A stretch of DNA of 64,000 nucleotides. Source: Saprospiraceae bacterium. Its GTDB lineage: Bacteria > Bacteroidota > Bacteroidia > Chitinophagales > Saprospiraceae. The DNA is taken from contig JABAQQ010000008.1 of the NCBI GenBank assembly GCA_019187225.1, positions 16,601 through 80,600 of the forward strand, given 5' to 3'. The position numbers and the translations under genes are program-made. Within the stretch, counting starts at the first letter, position 1. Every line of letters starts with the position of its first letter. The notes beneath the pieces are model-generated. The model was given only the letters and a program-made list of their open reading frames with translations, ran no database searches and had not been told where the DNA came from. Below, piece by piece: positions 1-7,414 of this stretch.

Positions 1-1
1 G

Positions 2-643
2 CTGACGCGGGAAATAACCGACGACGATTTCCCAATGACCAACGACAACCTCTACTCCACCCACGCATTGGACAGGTCATTGGCTGGCGTGGAGGAAAAC
101 TACCTTCGTGAGTTTTTCAACCGCGTGGACAAAGCCTTCGTCGAGGTGTACAGAGCCAACCCGCTCCCGACCATACTTGCTGCCGACCAACAAAACCACA
201 GTCACTACCGCCAAATCTCCGACATTCCCGATGCCATCGTCGCCTATCTTTCCGGCAACCGCGACAACGACAAACCGCATGAACTCATCGCCGACGCTTG
301 GCCCGCGATGCGCGCCCACAACGCCCGCCAGCAGGACGAGGCGCTCCAACAACTTGACCTCGCGCAAAGCCACCAAAAAGCGCTGTCCGACCTTCAGGAC
401 ATCTTTTTGGCCGCCCGCGACGGACGCGCCGAGTTGTTGCTGGTAGAAAAAGGATTTTTGCAACCCGCCGTCGTCATCGGCGATTCCGTCAAAATCGTCA
501 CCAACGCAAATGCGCCCGGTGCGTCGGAGGACATCATAGACGACATCATTGAAATGACAATGGACAACGGCGGGAAAGTCGTCTATTTAGACCCGGGCCA
601 ACTCACGGATTATCAAAAACTTGCTTTGGTGGTCAGGTATTGA
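2..643 (+). CDS. aeRF1/Pelota-like (baeRF, Balon-like) protein, C-terminal part; partial at left window edge
   Basis: The frame is open from nt 2 with no stop upstream of the ATG at 35, so the gene probably starts outside the window. The visible part ([17 protein letters not shown], acidic [16 protein letters not shown] end) resembles the middle and C domains of bacterial eRF1-like proteins. Family call is from sequence style only. Confidence 0.35.
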   Translation: MTREITDDDFPMTNDNLYSTHALDRSLAGVEENYLREFFNRVDKAFVEVYRANPLPTILAADQQNHSHYRQISDIPDAIVAYLSGNRDNDKPHELIADAWPAMRAHNARQQDEALQQLDLAQSHQKALSDLQDIFLAARDGRAELLLVEKGFLQPAVVIGDSVKIVTNANAPGASEDIIDDIIEMTMDNGGKVVYLDPGQLTDYQKLALVVRY

Positions 644-909
644 AACACACAGCCGTCGTCAAAAAAATGCTGAATTCGCTCCTCAAACAGATCCTCATCC
701 TCCCCATTCGCATTTACCAATACACCCTTTCGCCGCTTCTGGGGCCGAGCAAATGCCGTTATCGCCCCACTTGTTCGCACTATGCCATCGAAGCCATCCA
801 GGAATGGGGCATCTTCAAGGGTACCTACCTTGCGATTAAAAGGGTCCTGCGCTGCCACCCCTGGAGCAACCACCCGATGCACGACCCGGTGCCGAAAAGA
901 GGAGAGTAG
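640..909 (+). CDS. yidD: membrane protein insertion efficiency factor YidD
   Basis: Diagnostic YidD core: [53 protein letters not shown]. The TTG at 640 overlaps the upstream TGA; the ATG at 667 is an alternative start. Confidence 0.9.
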   Translation: MKHTAVVKKMLNSLLKQILILPIRIYQYTLSPLLGPSKCRYRPTCSHYAIEAIQEWGIFKGTYLAIKRVLRCHPWSNHPMHDPVPKRGE

Positions 910-966
910 GGATTGGGGATTGGGGATTGGGGATTGCGGATTGCGGATTGGGGATTTCGGATTGAG
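910..966. repeat. heptamer microsatellite (GGATTGG/GGATTGC) x8, G/T-rich arm
   Basis: Starts immediately after the yidD TAG. Sequence is gggattggggattggggattggggattgcggattgcggattggggatttcggattgag. Confidence 0.95.
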
Positions 967-1018
967 ACGTGGAAACTGCAGAATTTTGTAGATTTAATCC
1001 TGAAGAATAAAAGTAAAA

Positions 1019-1049
1019 CCAATCCGCAATCCGAAATCCGCAATCCGCA
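1019..1049. repeat. heptamer microsatellite, reverse complement of the 910-966 array (CAATCCG/AAATCCG)
   Basis: Sequence ccaatccgcaatccgaaatccgcaatccgca ends 5 nt before the ATG at 1055. It is the complementary arm to 910-966. Confidence 0.95.
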
Positions 1050-1054
1050 GCAAT

Positions 1055-2137
1055 ATGATCGAACACAAACGCCGCCTGCGCATTGTCGCCAAAAAATGGG
1101 AAACCGCCGACACTGCCACGTTCATCCTCGAACCGGCAGACGGCCTGCTGTTCCATTACAAACCCGGCCAATATTTATCCCTGATCTTTGAAACCGTCAG
1201 CGGCGAAAAACGGCGGGCCTATTCTTTCAGCTCCTGTCCGGGAGTAGATCCGCTGCCGGCCATCACCGTCAAACGGGTACCGAACGGCGAGTTCTCCAAT
1301 TGGTTGCTTTCACATGCCGAACCCGGCGACCTGCTTACTGCCACAGATGCCAACGGTCGCTTTTTATTGCCCGAAATTCAACCGGACACCCTTTTTTATC
1401 TCGCTGCCGGTAGCGGCATTACGCCGGTGATAAGCCATTTAAGAAGTCTCTTTTTTGGCGACGGGGTGACTTCGAGTCACCCCGTCGCTAAACCACAGGT
1501 AGTGCTTTACTACGCCAACCGCGACAGCCGGAATACTATTTTTAAAGGGCAGATTGACCGTTGGATGGATGAATTTCCGGGCCGTTTCGAGTGCACGTAT
1601 TTTTTCAGCCGGGAAAAAAACGCCGCACATGCCCTTCACCGCCACCTGAACAACGAGTTGCTGGAACAACTGTTGCTTCGACATTTCGGCGGCAAGCTCA
1701 CGACCCGTGTCCGGCGCAACACCCAGTTCTATCTCTGCGCGCCGAAGACAATGATGCGTATGGCTGAGATGACCCTGCGCACGTTGGATTTCCCGGAAAA
1801 AAACATCCTTAAAGAAACCTTCGTGCCGGAGACCCGCCTTCCCGTCAGGGTAACGGATCGCTCCAAAACCCACGACATTGTCGCCATTGGGAAAAATGAA
1901 CGCATTGAATTTCAAACGTTTGAAGGAGAAACCATTCTGAATGCAGCGCTGCGCCAGGGTATCGCGTTGCCTTATACATGTAAAAGCGGAGTCTGTTTTA
2001 CCTGCTTGGCAAAATGTACGAAAGGCGAAGTGGAGGTGGTCTTTGTGGACGTTACCCGCCGCGAAGGGCCGGGGAATATGGTGAACACGTGTATCGGGTA
2101 TGCTGTGACGGAAAAGGTGGAATTGTGTTATGAGTAG
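1055..2137 (+). CDS. FAD/NAD(P)-binding oxidoreductase with C-terminal plant-type 2Fe-2S ferredoxin domain (PaaE/ferredoxin-reductase type)
   Basis: FAD motif RAYSFSS, NAD motif AAGSGITP, and C-terminal cysteine cluster CKSGVCFTCLAKC...C. Confidence 0.85.
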   Translation: MIEHKRRLRIVAKKWETADTATFILEPADGLLFHYKPGQYLSLIFETVSGEKRRAYSFSSCPGVDPLPAITVKRVPNGEFSNWLLSHAEPGDLLTATDANGRFLLPEIQPDTLFYLAAGSGITPVISHLRSLFFGDGVTSSHPVAKPQVVLYYANRDSRNTIFKGQIDRWMDEFPGRFECTYFFSREKNAAHALHRHLNNELLEQLLLRHFGGKLTTRVRRNTQFYLCAPKTMMRMAEMTLRTLDFPEKNILKETFVPETRLPVRVTDRSKTHDIVAIGKNERIEFQTFEGETILNAALRQGIALPYTCKSGVCFTCLAKCTKGEVEVVFVDVTRREGPGNMVNTCIGYAVTEKVELCYE

Positions 2138-2240
2138 CAGTGGCAGTGGCAGTGGCAGTGGCAGTAGCAGTGGCAGTGGGCAGTGGCAGTGGGCAGTAGC
2201 AGTGGCAGTGGCAGTAGCAGTAGCAGTGGGCAGTGGCAGT
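2136..2240. repeat. hexamer microsatellite (GCAGTG/GCAGTA, occasional GGCAGTG), about 17 units
   Basis: Runs from the reductase TAG to the stop of the four-helix-bundle gene. Confidence 0.95.
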
Positions 2241-2623
2241 TATTTCTTGGGCAAAAATTTCTCAGGATGATCAATCATACCGCCCAACATTCTGCCAACT
2301 TCCTCATAGCGTTTGATTAAGTCCCTGTGTTTCTCAATGGTAATATAACCGCAATCCTTTGCAAAATCCAGGTGCACCGTGGTTTCACTGGCTTCGCCGT
2401 CAGCATCGGTCATCTTGCTGCGAAAGTGGGCCGGAAAAATTCTTTTGCGATAACCTTCCCCAATATTTCCCGGCACAGCACGAGAAGAGCGGCGTATTTG
2501 GTCCGTGAGAGAATAGGTCTCTTCTTTGGGAAATGTTTTAGCCAAAATGAAAATTTCCATGGCTAGTTCATAAGAGAGTTGATAAACTTTCAGAGAACGA
2601 AAATCATTTGAAGCGTCTTTCAT
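2240..2623 (-). CDS. four-helix-bundle protein (TIGR02436 / 23S rRNA intervening-sequence protein / Avd-like family)
   Basis: 127 aa with typical family features: KVYQLSYELAMEIF, EETYSLTDQIRRSSRAVPGNIGEGY, ETTVHLDFAKDCGYI. Confidence 0.85.
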   Translation of the reverse strand: MKDASNDFRSLKVYQLSYELAMEIFILAKTFPKEETYSLTDQIRRSSRAVPGNIGEGYRKRIFPAHFRSKMTDADGEASETTVHLDFAKDCGYITIEKHRDLIKRYEEVGRMLGGMIDHPEKFLPKK

Positions 2624-2658
2624 ATTGATAAGGATTTAAATGAATAAATTTGTTTGTC

Positions 2659-2803
2659 CGCCACTGCCACTGCCACTGCCACTGCCACTGCCACTGCTAC
2701 TGCCACTGCTACTGCCACTGCTACTGCTACTGCTACTGCCACTGCTACTGCCACTGCCACTGCTACTGCTACTGCCACTGCCACTGCTACTGCCACTGCC
2801 ACT
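2659..2803. repeat. hexamer microsatellite (CCACTG/CTACTG), reverse complement of the 2136-2240 array
   Basis: About 24 units. The last three codons and the stop codon of the gldD ORF lie inside it. Confidence 0.95.
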
Positions 2804-3458
2804 TCAACGTCCCCACCAATCTATCTAAGTCCTTTTTCATAAAAGCGATCACCGGCGCGAGCGAATCGGGGCGGCTCTGCGTGTTGAAATACAAGGCGCC
2901 GCGCAGAAAATTCCGGGTGGAATCGGTCAGGAAAAACTGGTAAGACGAGGCCGCAGCACCTTCCACATTGAAGACAATGCCGTATACCTTATCCTCCGGG
3001 CGGTGCACGTGCAATTCGTCAATATAACTGGCTTTGATATTGTGTTTGTTCGTCATGGCAAATGCATCGGCCACCAGTTCGTCAAAGTCTTTGCGGCTGC
3101 GGATGGGGTTGTAACTGCAATAGATTTTGGCGTTCAGTTGCTTCACGTCGAGATTGAACCAGCATTCGTCCTTTGGCTTCTCATCAAAAAAACTCGTGTC
3201 CTTTTCGATCGTCGCGTAGGCAGGCATCTCGAAGGTGAAATTGCAGTACGACGCATCGAACGGCTTGTATGTTTTTTCCGGGTAAACGACCCGCGGATAG
3301 GCGCGGGGTTTCGGTACGGGGGTGTAGTCTTCGCAGGAAGAAAGTAGCAGTGGCAGTGGCAGTAGCAGTAGCAGTAGCAGTGGCAGTGGCAGTGGCAGTG
3401 GCAATATGGTTCGGAAGAGAGGTATGGAAAATCTGTAATTTGTATTAGTCAAAGTCAT
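2787..3458 (-). CDS. gldD: gliding motility lipoprotein GldD
   Basis: Lipobox LLSSC followed by PKPRAYPRVVYPEKTYKPFDASYCNFTFEMPAYA and the rest of a ~190-aa GldD-like body. Both ends of the ORF run into hexamer arrays. Confidence 0.7.
   Translation of the reverse strand: MTLTNTNYRFSIPLFRTILPLPLPLPLLLLLLLPLPLLLSSCEDYTPVPKPRAYPRVVYPEKTYKPFDASYCNFTFEMPAYATIEKDTSFFDEKPKDECWFNLDVKQLNAKIYCSYNPIRSRKDFDELVADAFAMTNKHNIKASYIDELHVHRPEDKVYGIVFNVEGAAASSYQFFLTDSTRNFLRGALYFNTQSRPDSLAPVIAFMKKDLDRLVGTLKWQWQ
3344..3402. repeat. hexamer microsatellite (GCAGTG/GCAGTA) inside the gldD 5-prime coding region
   Basis: On the minus strand it reads CTG CCA / CTG CTA and encodes LPLPLPLPLLLLLLLPLPLL. Confidence 0.95.
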
Positions 3459-3508
3459 GGTTATGGTATGTGATATGAAGCGTAAAGTTCGTTAAAAAAG
3501 GCAATCCA

Positions 3509-3646
3509 CCTACTGCCACTGCTACTGCCACTGCCACTGCTACTGCCACTGCTACTGCCACTGCCACTGCCACTGCCACTGCTACTGCCACTGCCACTGC
3601 TACTGCCCCTGCTACTGCCACTGCTACTGCCACTGCCACTGCCACT
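3509..3646. repeat. hexamer microsatellite (CCACTG/CTACTG), inverted relative to 3344-3402
   Basis: About 23 units. It starts at the TAG of the upstream endonuclease gene. Confidence 0.95.
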
Positions 3647-4610
3647 ATCTCCTGTTCCACTCTTCCACCCGCTCTTCGTAGCGCCGGCGGTCTACCGGCC
3701 AGGCATCCTTGTCCAGCGAGCCTTCGATCTCTTCGTCCAGACCTTTCAACAAATTCGGAAAAAAATCCAGGCCGGTCAGTTTTTCCACCTGGTCAATCGA
3801 AACGGCGTAGTCCATCACCGGCTTGGTACTCATTTCATTGGGCATCACGAATGCAATGGCTTTGTGTTGCTCCGGGGCATACAGCACTTTGTAGTAAGCG
3901 CCCGGCACAGTCACCTTGCTGAAGCCGATGGCGCCCAGGGGCGTCTGGGGCAGCACGGGACCGGTGACGACGTACAGGTTTTCAAATTTGCGCGCCCAGT
4001 CGCGGGTACATTCTTCGAGTTCGCGCCAGATGCCGCCGTTGAAGGGCCTGAGTTGTGGACTCATATTGCTCATCAGGAAAGTTTCGTCGATGGCGGTGGC
4101 GTCGAAAGCCATATCCGCTGCCGCACAGAGATGGCCTTTGTCGTAGCCGCTGCCGTTGTAATCGCGCGGCGTGGCGCTTTCAGTGCGCACGTCCGGGTCA
4201 GGACGGAAGGTATTGGGGCGTTCTGCCCATTTTTTGTTGAGGCGTTCGCGCGTCAGTTCGTAAGCCACCCATTCGGCCTGTTCGTGGTCTTCGCTGTAGG
4301 AAAGGACGAAGTAGGTATGGCGCACCACCTCGCCGGTAGTGGAAGCCGGTAGAATATTTTCTGGAACGTATGATTTCGGATCGCGGATTCCGGATGGCGG
4401 ATTGTTGTCTGCCGGCAGCTCCGTTTTAGGTTGATTATCCTGGGAATCGGGAGTTTTTTTCCCGGAAAACCGGTTGAAAGCCCAGAAAGCCAGGCTGGCC
4501 AACAGGGCAAAAAGTCCGGTTTTGAACAGGAAGCCTCCGGAGTCGGAAGAAGATTTGCGTCGCGCCATGGGTGAGAGTCGTGCGTTTTTTGAAAAATTTT
4601 GTTGGCGCAA
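3645..4610 (-). CDS. DNA/RNA non-specific endonuclease (Serratia NucA / EndoG family), membrane-anchored or secreted
   Basis: Catalytic region GSGYDKGHLCAAADM with downstream MSNMSPQ (metal Asn). N-terminal hydrophobic segment FLFKTGLFALLASLAFWAF. Confidence 0.85.
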   Translation of the reverse strand: MRQQNFSKNARLSPMARRKSSSDSGGFLFKTGLFALLASLAFWAFNRFSGKKTPDSQDNQPKTELPADNNPPSGIRDPKSYVPENILPASTTGEVVRHTYFVLSYSEDHEQAEWVAYELTRERLNKKWAERPNTFRPDPDVRTESATPRDYNGSGYDKGHLCAAADMAFDATAIDETFLMSNMSPQLRPFNGGIWRELEECTRDWARKFENLYVVTGPVLPQTPLGAIGFSKVTVPGAYYKVLYAPEQHKAIAFVMPNEMSTKPVMDYAVSIDQVEKLTGLDFFPNLLKGLDEEIEGSLDKDAWPVDRRRYEERVEEWNRR

Positions 4611-4645
4611 ACATAAACTTTTTGTTGTGAATCAGGCGGCGATTT

Positions 4646-6997
4646 TTATAGTTTTACCACTTTAATTGTTTTTCCCTGGCTTTCATCTTGTTGAATATAA
4701 AAGAAATAAACGCCGCTGGCAAGCGTGGGGATTAACTCCAAAACAGCTGCTTCCGAATCAATTTGCCCCGATAAAACCTGTCGCCCCGCCACATCGAACA
4801 ACCGCCATTGAGCGGGCAATTGGCGTTCAGGCAAAAGACAGCGCACGAACAAGCGCTCGTGAAACGGATTGGGAAAAACCTCGGCTTGCAACGTTTCGAT
4901 GGGTAAAGCAGGTGTTGGCTGGCCGTCGCGGATTTCTACTGCGTCGAGTCCGACTTCGAGAAAAGATTGATCGAAACCGGAAGTTGTGTCTTTTGCTTCA
5001 AAAACGATTCTCCAGTTGCCCGATTTCACTTCTTCAGGGAGAGCGATGGTTCCGGAGGACGTCCAAACGTATGCAAATTTGTTTCTCGACCATATTTCTT
5101 TCCTGATCGTTTCATTTTCAATAAAAACTGAAAACCGGAGAGAGGTATCCAGGAGAGAACACCAGAATTGAAAATGCAGATCTGGCTGCTGAAATCTGCG
5201 CAGGTCAACTTCCGGAGAAACGAGCCGCACCGTGCCGCCATCCACATCGTAAGTTATTTCACCATAGTTGATGCGAATGTCGGTCAGATAGCATAATTCG
5301 CCCCAATCATCAGGTACATCTTCATCAGGTCCTGGTATAAAAGGCTTAAATTTTTCCAAGATACCCCGCTCCCAAAAACCTTTCTGCGCATCCCCTCCCG
5401 AAGTCCATCCCAAATCAAAATAAAAATCGTCATAATAGCCTCTCTGTAAACGCACTACCGGCGATTCCACAGGGTCCATCCACATCTTTTTCAGCGGCAA
5501 ACGGCCCCATAGGACTGGCAGTACATCGAAACTGTCCGCATACACAATCGGCACTTTGGCCCACCCCTTCGCATCGGTTTTTATCTCAAATTGAAATATC
5601 CCGTTGCGGACAACCACTTTGATGTTGGCAAGCGGTTGATTATCTTCGGCGGCTAAAAACAACATGGACAAGTCTTTTCCGGGTGAGGACAGCGGGACAA
5701 GTTCCACATTGAGCAGCGCCACTTCGCTTGGTTTCAGTTCGGCTTTCTGCAAGACAGGGCGAAAGCCTTCCTTGTAAAAGAGCACCTCAAATTCGCCCGC
5801 TTTAGTTTGTCCAGTCCGGTATTCGCCTTGCGCCGAGGTATGCGGAGGTTCCACCTGATCGCCCTTAAAAATAAGGACTTGTACACCTGAAAGAGGGTTT
5901 TTCGATGTCGCATCCTTAACGGTTCCTTCCAGGTAGCAGGCGCGAATGTAGGCGGGCGTGAGTACGAACAAGCCCTGTTCGATGTCGCTTATCAGCGTAT
6001 TGCCCGACGGAAGATAAGGATAGTTGCCCCAGGAGCCATTATAACCGTCACCTTCAAGCGGGCAGGTGTCGTAGTGTCCGACCTGAACAGCGTTTTCCGG
6101 GCGGGTCAGATCGAGCAAAATGAGGCCGTCGCGGTACCAGGAGACGAAAGCAAAGTCATTTAGAATGAAAGCGTTGTGTGGTACCGATCCGCTACCGGGC
6201 GTCGGGCGGAAACGGCTCACTTCGCGGATGTCTTCCAAGTCGCCTGTTTCCCAAATGGAAGCGAAACCGTTGCTGACTTCGTCGGTTGCTATCAGGTGTC
6301 GGCGATCGCGGGTAGGCCAGGTGTTGTGCGGGAATTTACCGGGCGTTTCAAAGGTAGAAAGCACGATGGGGTTCGATTTGTCGTGCATATCCACCACTGC
6401 GACAAAGCCTTCGTAAATATGTGCCGCAAACAAAGTGTCGTTGCCGGCATAACCGTCGTGGATGCCGCCTAATTCATCGTAAAAACCGGCAAAAACAGGA
6501 GAAAAGGGTTGGGATGATATCTTAAATATCCAGGATCGCGTACTGCCGCCATCATTCAGATACAACACCCCGGCAGCAGTATCCACATGCAGGGTATGTC
6601 CGCGCGTCTGTTTTCCTCCCGCATAGTTGATCTCCTTTTTCGGATAACTTGCAGGAAGCGTATCCGGCAAGGCAGACAAGTCATATATTACCAATCCCGG
6701 CCCCGATTCTGCACACACATAAGCAACATGTTGAAAGGTACGCACTTCTTTCCCCCAGTCGTCGGTCATGGGCAGACTGACAATATGCGATGGCACATCG
6801 GGGTCGGTCACTTCTACAATATGCAGGTTTTTGGCGCCCGCCACCAGAGCATATTCCCTTCCGGCCTTTTCATATCCCCACACGCCGGATATTTTTTCAT
6901 TGGGAAATGTAAATTGAGATCGCAGCGTGAAGTTGGAATTTTGAGCAAACGACTGCGCAGCGTAAAGGAGCAGAAAATGAAGGATAAACTTTTTCAT
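4646..6997 (-). CDS. LVIVD-repeat / choice-of-anchor-B-like beta-propeller protein with T9SS C-terminal sorting domain
   Basis: Signal peptide MKKFILHFLLLYAAQSFAQ. Repeats include GLVIYDLS, GFVAVVDM and GLILLDLT. The C terminus VFPNPFHERLFV...GVYFFYIQ...KVVKL is typical of a T9SS CTD. Confidence 0.7.
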   Translation of the reverse strand: MKKFILHFLLLYAAQSFAQNSNFTLRSQFTFPNEKISGVWGYEKAGREYALVAGAKNLHIVEVTDPDVPSHIVSLPMTDDWGKEVRTFQHVAYVCAESGPGLVIYDLSALPDTLPASYPKKEINYAGGKQTRGHTLHVDTAAGVLYLNDGGSTRSWIFKISSQPFSPVFAGFYDELGGIHDGYAGNDTLFAAHIYEGFVAVVDMHDKSNPIVLSTFETPGKFPHNTWPTRDRRHLIATDEVSNGFASIWETGDLEDIREVSRFRPTPGSGSVPHNAFILNDFAFVSWYRDGLILLDLTRPENAVQVGHYDTCPLEGDGYNGSWGNYPYLPSGNTLISDIEQGLFVLTPAYIRACYLEGTVKDATSKNPLSGVQVLIFKGDQVEPPHTSAQGEYRTGQTKAGEFEVLFYKEGFRPVLQKAELKPSEVALLNVELVPLSSPGKDLSMLFLAAEDNQPLANIKVVVRNGIFQFEIKTDAKGWAKVPIVYADSFDVLPVLWGRLPLKKMWMDPVESPVVRLQRGYYDDFYFDLGWTSGGDAQKGFWERGILEKFKPFIPGPDEDVPDDWGELCYLTDIRINYGEITYDVDGGTVRLVSPEVDLRRFQQPDLHFQFWCSLLDTSLRFSVFIENETIRKEIWSRNKFAYVWTSSGTIALPEEVKSGNWRIVFEAKDTTSGFDQSFLEVGLDAVEIRDGQPTPALPIETLQAEVFPNPFHERLFVRCLLPERQLPAQWRLFDVAGRQVLSGQIDSEAAVLELIPTLASGVYFFYIQQDESQGKTIKVVKL

Positions 6998-7119
6998 AGG
7001 TCAATGATTTTGGTCGCCTGAAAGTAAGGAAAACACCATTCTTGTGCCCCAAAATTCACCGTGTATCGAGTGAACGCCGCCTTTGAGGGTGTGAATCCAC
7101 CTTTTTTCAAATTCAAAAT

Positions 7120-7149
7120 TTGCAAAAACGAAATGGAGGCTTACCTTTG
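7120..7149 (+). promoter_or_regulatory. Bacteroidota sigma-A type promoter (-33 TTG, -7 TACCTTTG) for the tRNA
   Basis: TTG at 7120-7122, a 19-nt spacer, then TACCTTTG at 7142-7149, which matches TAnnTTTG. The tRNA starts 16 nt downstream. Confidence 0.55.
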
Positions 7150-7164
7150 CACCCGCTTTCAAAA

Positions 7165-7241
7165 GGCGCGATAGCTCAGCCGGTTAGAGCGTGCGATTCA
7201 TAATCGCAAGGTCGGGAGTTCAAGTCTCCCTCGCGCTACCA
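7165..7241 (+). tRNA. tRNA with CAU anticodon (elongator Met, or Ile2 if lysidine-modified); CCA encoded
   Basis: Hand-folded cloverleaf: acceptor GGCGCGA/TCGCGCT, D arm GCTC/GAGC, anticodon stem TGCGA/TCGCA with loop TTCATAA, T arm GGGAG/CTCCC, then ACCA. It lacks the initiator GGG:CCC anticodon stem. Confidence 0.9.
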
Positions 7242-7246
7242 TCTTA

Positions 7247-7279
7247 ACGCAGGTTTCACGACGAAGCCTGCGTTTTTTA
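7247..7279 (+). terminator. rho-independent terminator after the tRNA
   Basis: Stem CGCAGG...CCTGCG is followed by TTTTTTATTT. Confidence 0.7.
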
Positions 7280-7414
7280 TTTGTGCGAACAACGCAAAAA
7301 GCAGGCACTCCATCGGCAAGCAAAGGCAATACGTCCAAAATCCCGGCACTCTTTGCCAATCCTGGTGTTCATAGGCGCAAGAAATACAACCTTTGTCCCG
7401 TAAACCTGCAAGCC

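Noticed and set aside
2240-2623. A diversity-generating retroelement, because the four-helix-bundle protein is Avd-like.
   Set aside because: No reverse transcriptase gene and no TR/VR repeat pair with adenine-specific differences was seen anywhere in the window.
2620-2943. ORFs encoding AVAVAV..., LPLPLP..., CHCHCH... and ATATAT... peptides. The same occurs at 3445-3660, 42658-42882 and 52980-53323.
   Set aside because: These are all six-frame translations of the hexamer microsatellite arrays. They have no independent coding signal and occur on both strands in several frames simultaneously.
2136-3646. Possible CRISPR array, given the regular short repeats.
   Set aside because: The period is only 6-7 nt, with no unique spacers between units and no cas genes in the window. 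These are microsatellites, not CRISPRs.
7283-7414. The longer start for the M48 peptidase, and similar 5-prime extensions at 9600-9698, 16190-16264, 18932-19228, 24131-24307, 28242-28373, 38584-38736, 41400-41507, 50809-50892 and 52345-52389.
   Set aside because: The extensions overlap terminators, repeats or upstream genes. Each also precedes an internal Met followed by a proper signal peptide or conserved N-terminus.
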